Of a stretch of 64,000 nt of DNA, positions 63,538 through 64,000 are shown in pieces; the stretch's first letter is position 1; each line of letters begins with the position of its first letter. A program made the translations under genes and the position numbers. Source of the stretch: Candidatus Anstonellales archaeon (GTDB lineage: Archaea; Micrarchaeota; Micrarchaeia; Anstonellales; J096). The stretch is taken from contig JAWAFI010000001.1 in the NCBI GenBank assembly GCA_038890615.1, positions 465,536 to 529,535 of the forward strand. The letters are read 5' to 3'. The notes beneath the pieces were generated by a model. The model ran no database searches, was not told the DNA's origin, and saw only the letters and a list, made by a program, of their open reading frames with translations.

Positions 63538-64000
63538 ATGAAAATTCTTGGAATTGCAGGAAGGGAGATAATCAATTCGAGGGGGAAAGCTGCTTTTGAG
63601 GCAGAGATAATTACAGATGAAGGCATTTTCAGGGGCGCAGCCCCAAGCGGGGCTTCAACAGGTAGGAATGAAGCAGTTGAGAAAAGGGATGGTGGCAGAA
63701 GATGGGCAGGCAGCGGCTTCATGGGCTCGCTTTCAAGGCTTAAGCAAATTGGCAAAAAGCTAGTTGGCAAGGAATTCAGGACTTTAAATGAGTTTGACAG
63801 CGCCCTCATAAAAATTGATGGCACAAAGGGCAAGTCAAGGCTGGGCTCTGAATTGACAACTGCGCTGTCAGCTGCATTCTTCAAGGCGCAATGCCCAAAG
63901 CCAAAAAAGATGCCGATACCTATGTTCAACATAATAAATGGAGGGGTGCATGGGGGGAGTGGGTTGGCAATACAGGAGTTCATGGCAGTGCCTCAGGAGA
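63538..64000 (+). CDS. eno: Enolase, 5' part (gene runs off window end)
   Basis: Own translation: MKILGIAGREIINSRGKAAFEAEIITDEGIFRGAAPSGASTGRNEAVEKRDGG... is the enolase N-terminal signature. It is absent from the ORF track because there is no in-window stop. Confidence 0.85.
   Translation, partial: MKILGIAGREIINSRGKAAFEAEIITDEGIFRGAAPSGASTGRNEAVEKRDGGRRWAGSGFMGSLSRLKQIGKKLVGKEFRTLNEFDSALIKIDGTKGKSRLGSELTTALSAAFFKAQCPKPKKMPIPMFNIINGGVHGGSGLAIQEFMAVPQE

Noticed and set aside
63528-63983. 151-aa minus-strand ORF
   Set aside because: It is antisense to a clear enolase N-terminus on the plus strand (63538 onward). Its low-complexity Pro/Leu/Ser composition is typical of shadow ORFs.
1-64000. 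CRISPR arrays, rRNA genes, long direct repeats
   Set aside because: No regularly spaced direct repeats were seen, and no rRNA-like conserved stretches. The six paralogous genes are diverged at the DNA level and are not nucleotide repeats.

Overview
This 64-kb window is a gene-dense archaeal chromosomal segment with genes on both strands. Archaeal markers include ribosomal proteins S3Ae, S28e, L24e, L7Ae and S10, MCM, the FtsZ-SecE-Spt5 cluster, EF-1alpha, Dph2/Dph6, Pus10, Nop5, Taw1/Trm5, form III RuBisCO and geranylgeranyl reductase with its ferredoxin. The organism looks like a small-genome, possibly DPANN-like, archaeon with roughly 45-50% GC. No rRNA and no CRISPR array were found.

Two tRNAs can be folded by hand: tRNA-Glu(CUC) and tRNA-Val(UAC). 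The provided ORF track missed five genes because they lack an in-window stop or are too short:
- a partial e2b2-family gene (candidate ribose-1,5-bisphosphate isomerase) running off the 5' edge
- a partial enolase gene running off the 3' edge
- rpl24e
- two small ORFs

The standout feature is a 6.9-kb operon at 31.7-38.6 kb. It holds six tandem, translationally coupled, mutually paralogous polytopic membrane-protein genes. They share a loop motif (P-x-G-x-x-L-R-x-x-P-x-x-R-x-x-G) and a conserved C-terminal R/K-L-I tail, and match no family I can name. The operon lies directly upstream of tuf-rps10 and is the best candidate here for an undescribed membrane system.

Other notable items:
- Form III RuBisCO is translationally coupled to a YfbR-like HD 5'-nucleotidase, suggesting the pentose-bisphosphate nucleoside-salvage pathway.
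- A large acidic S-layer-like surface-protein gene has a roughly 140-nt structured leader containing an interleaved, pseudoknot-like repeat set just before its Shine-Dalgarno.
- A presenilin-like intramembrane protease carries the YD/GxGD/PAL motifs.
- A Nop5 lacks the fibrillarin-binding N-domain.
- A Fap7-like kinase is fused to an EndoIII-like HhH-GPD domain.
- A ThiS-like GG protein sits next to NcsA.
- An HTH ORF plus an overlapping ORF may be a degraded IS630-like transposase.
- Three visibly AT-richer blocks (about 40.2-41.2 kb, 50.6-52.2 kb, 59.9-62.1 kb) encode hypothetical, HExxH, Mut7-C and Cys-rich secreted proteins and may be foreign.
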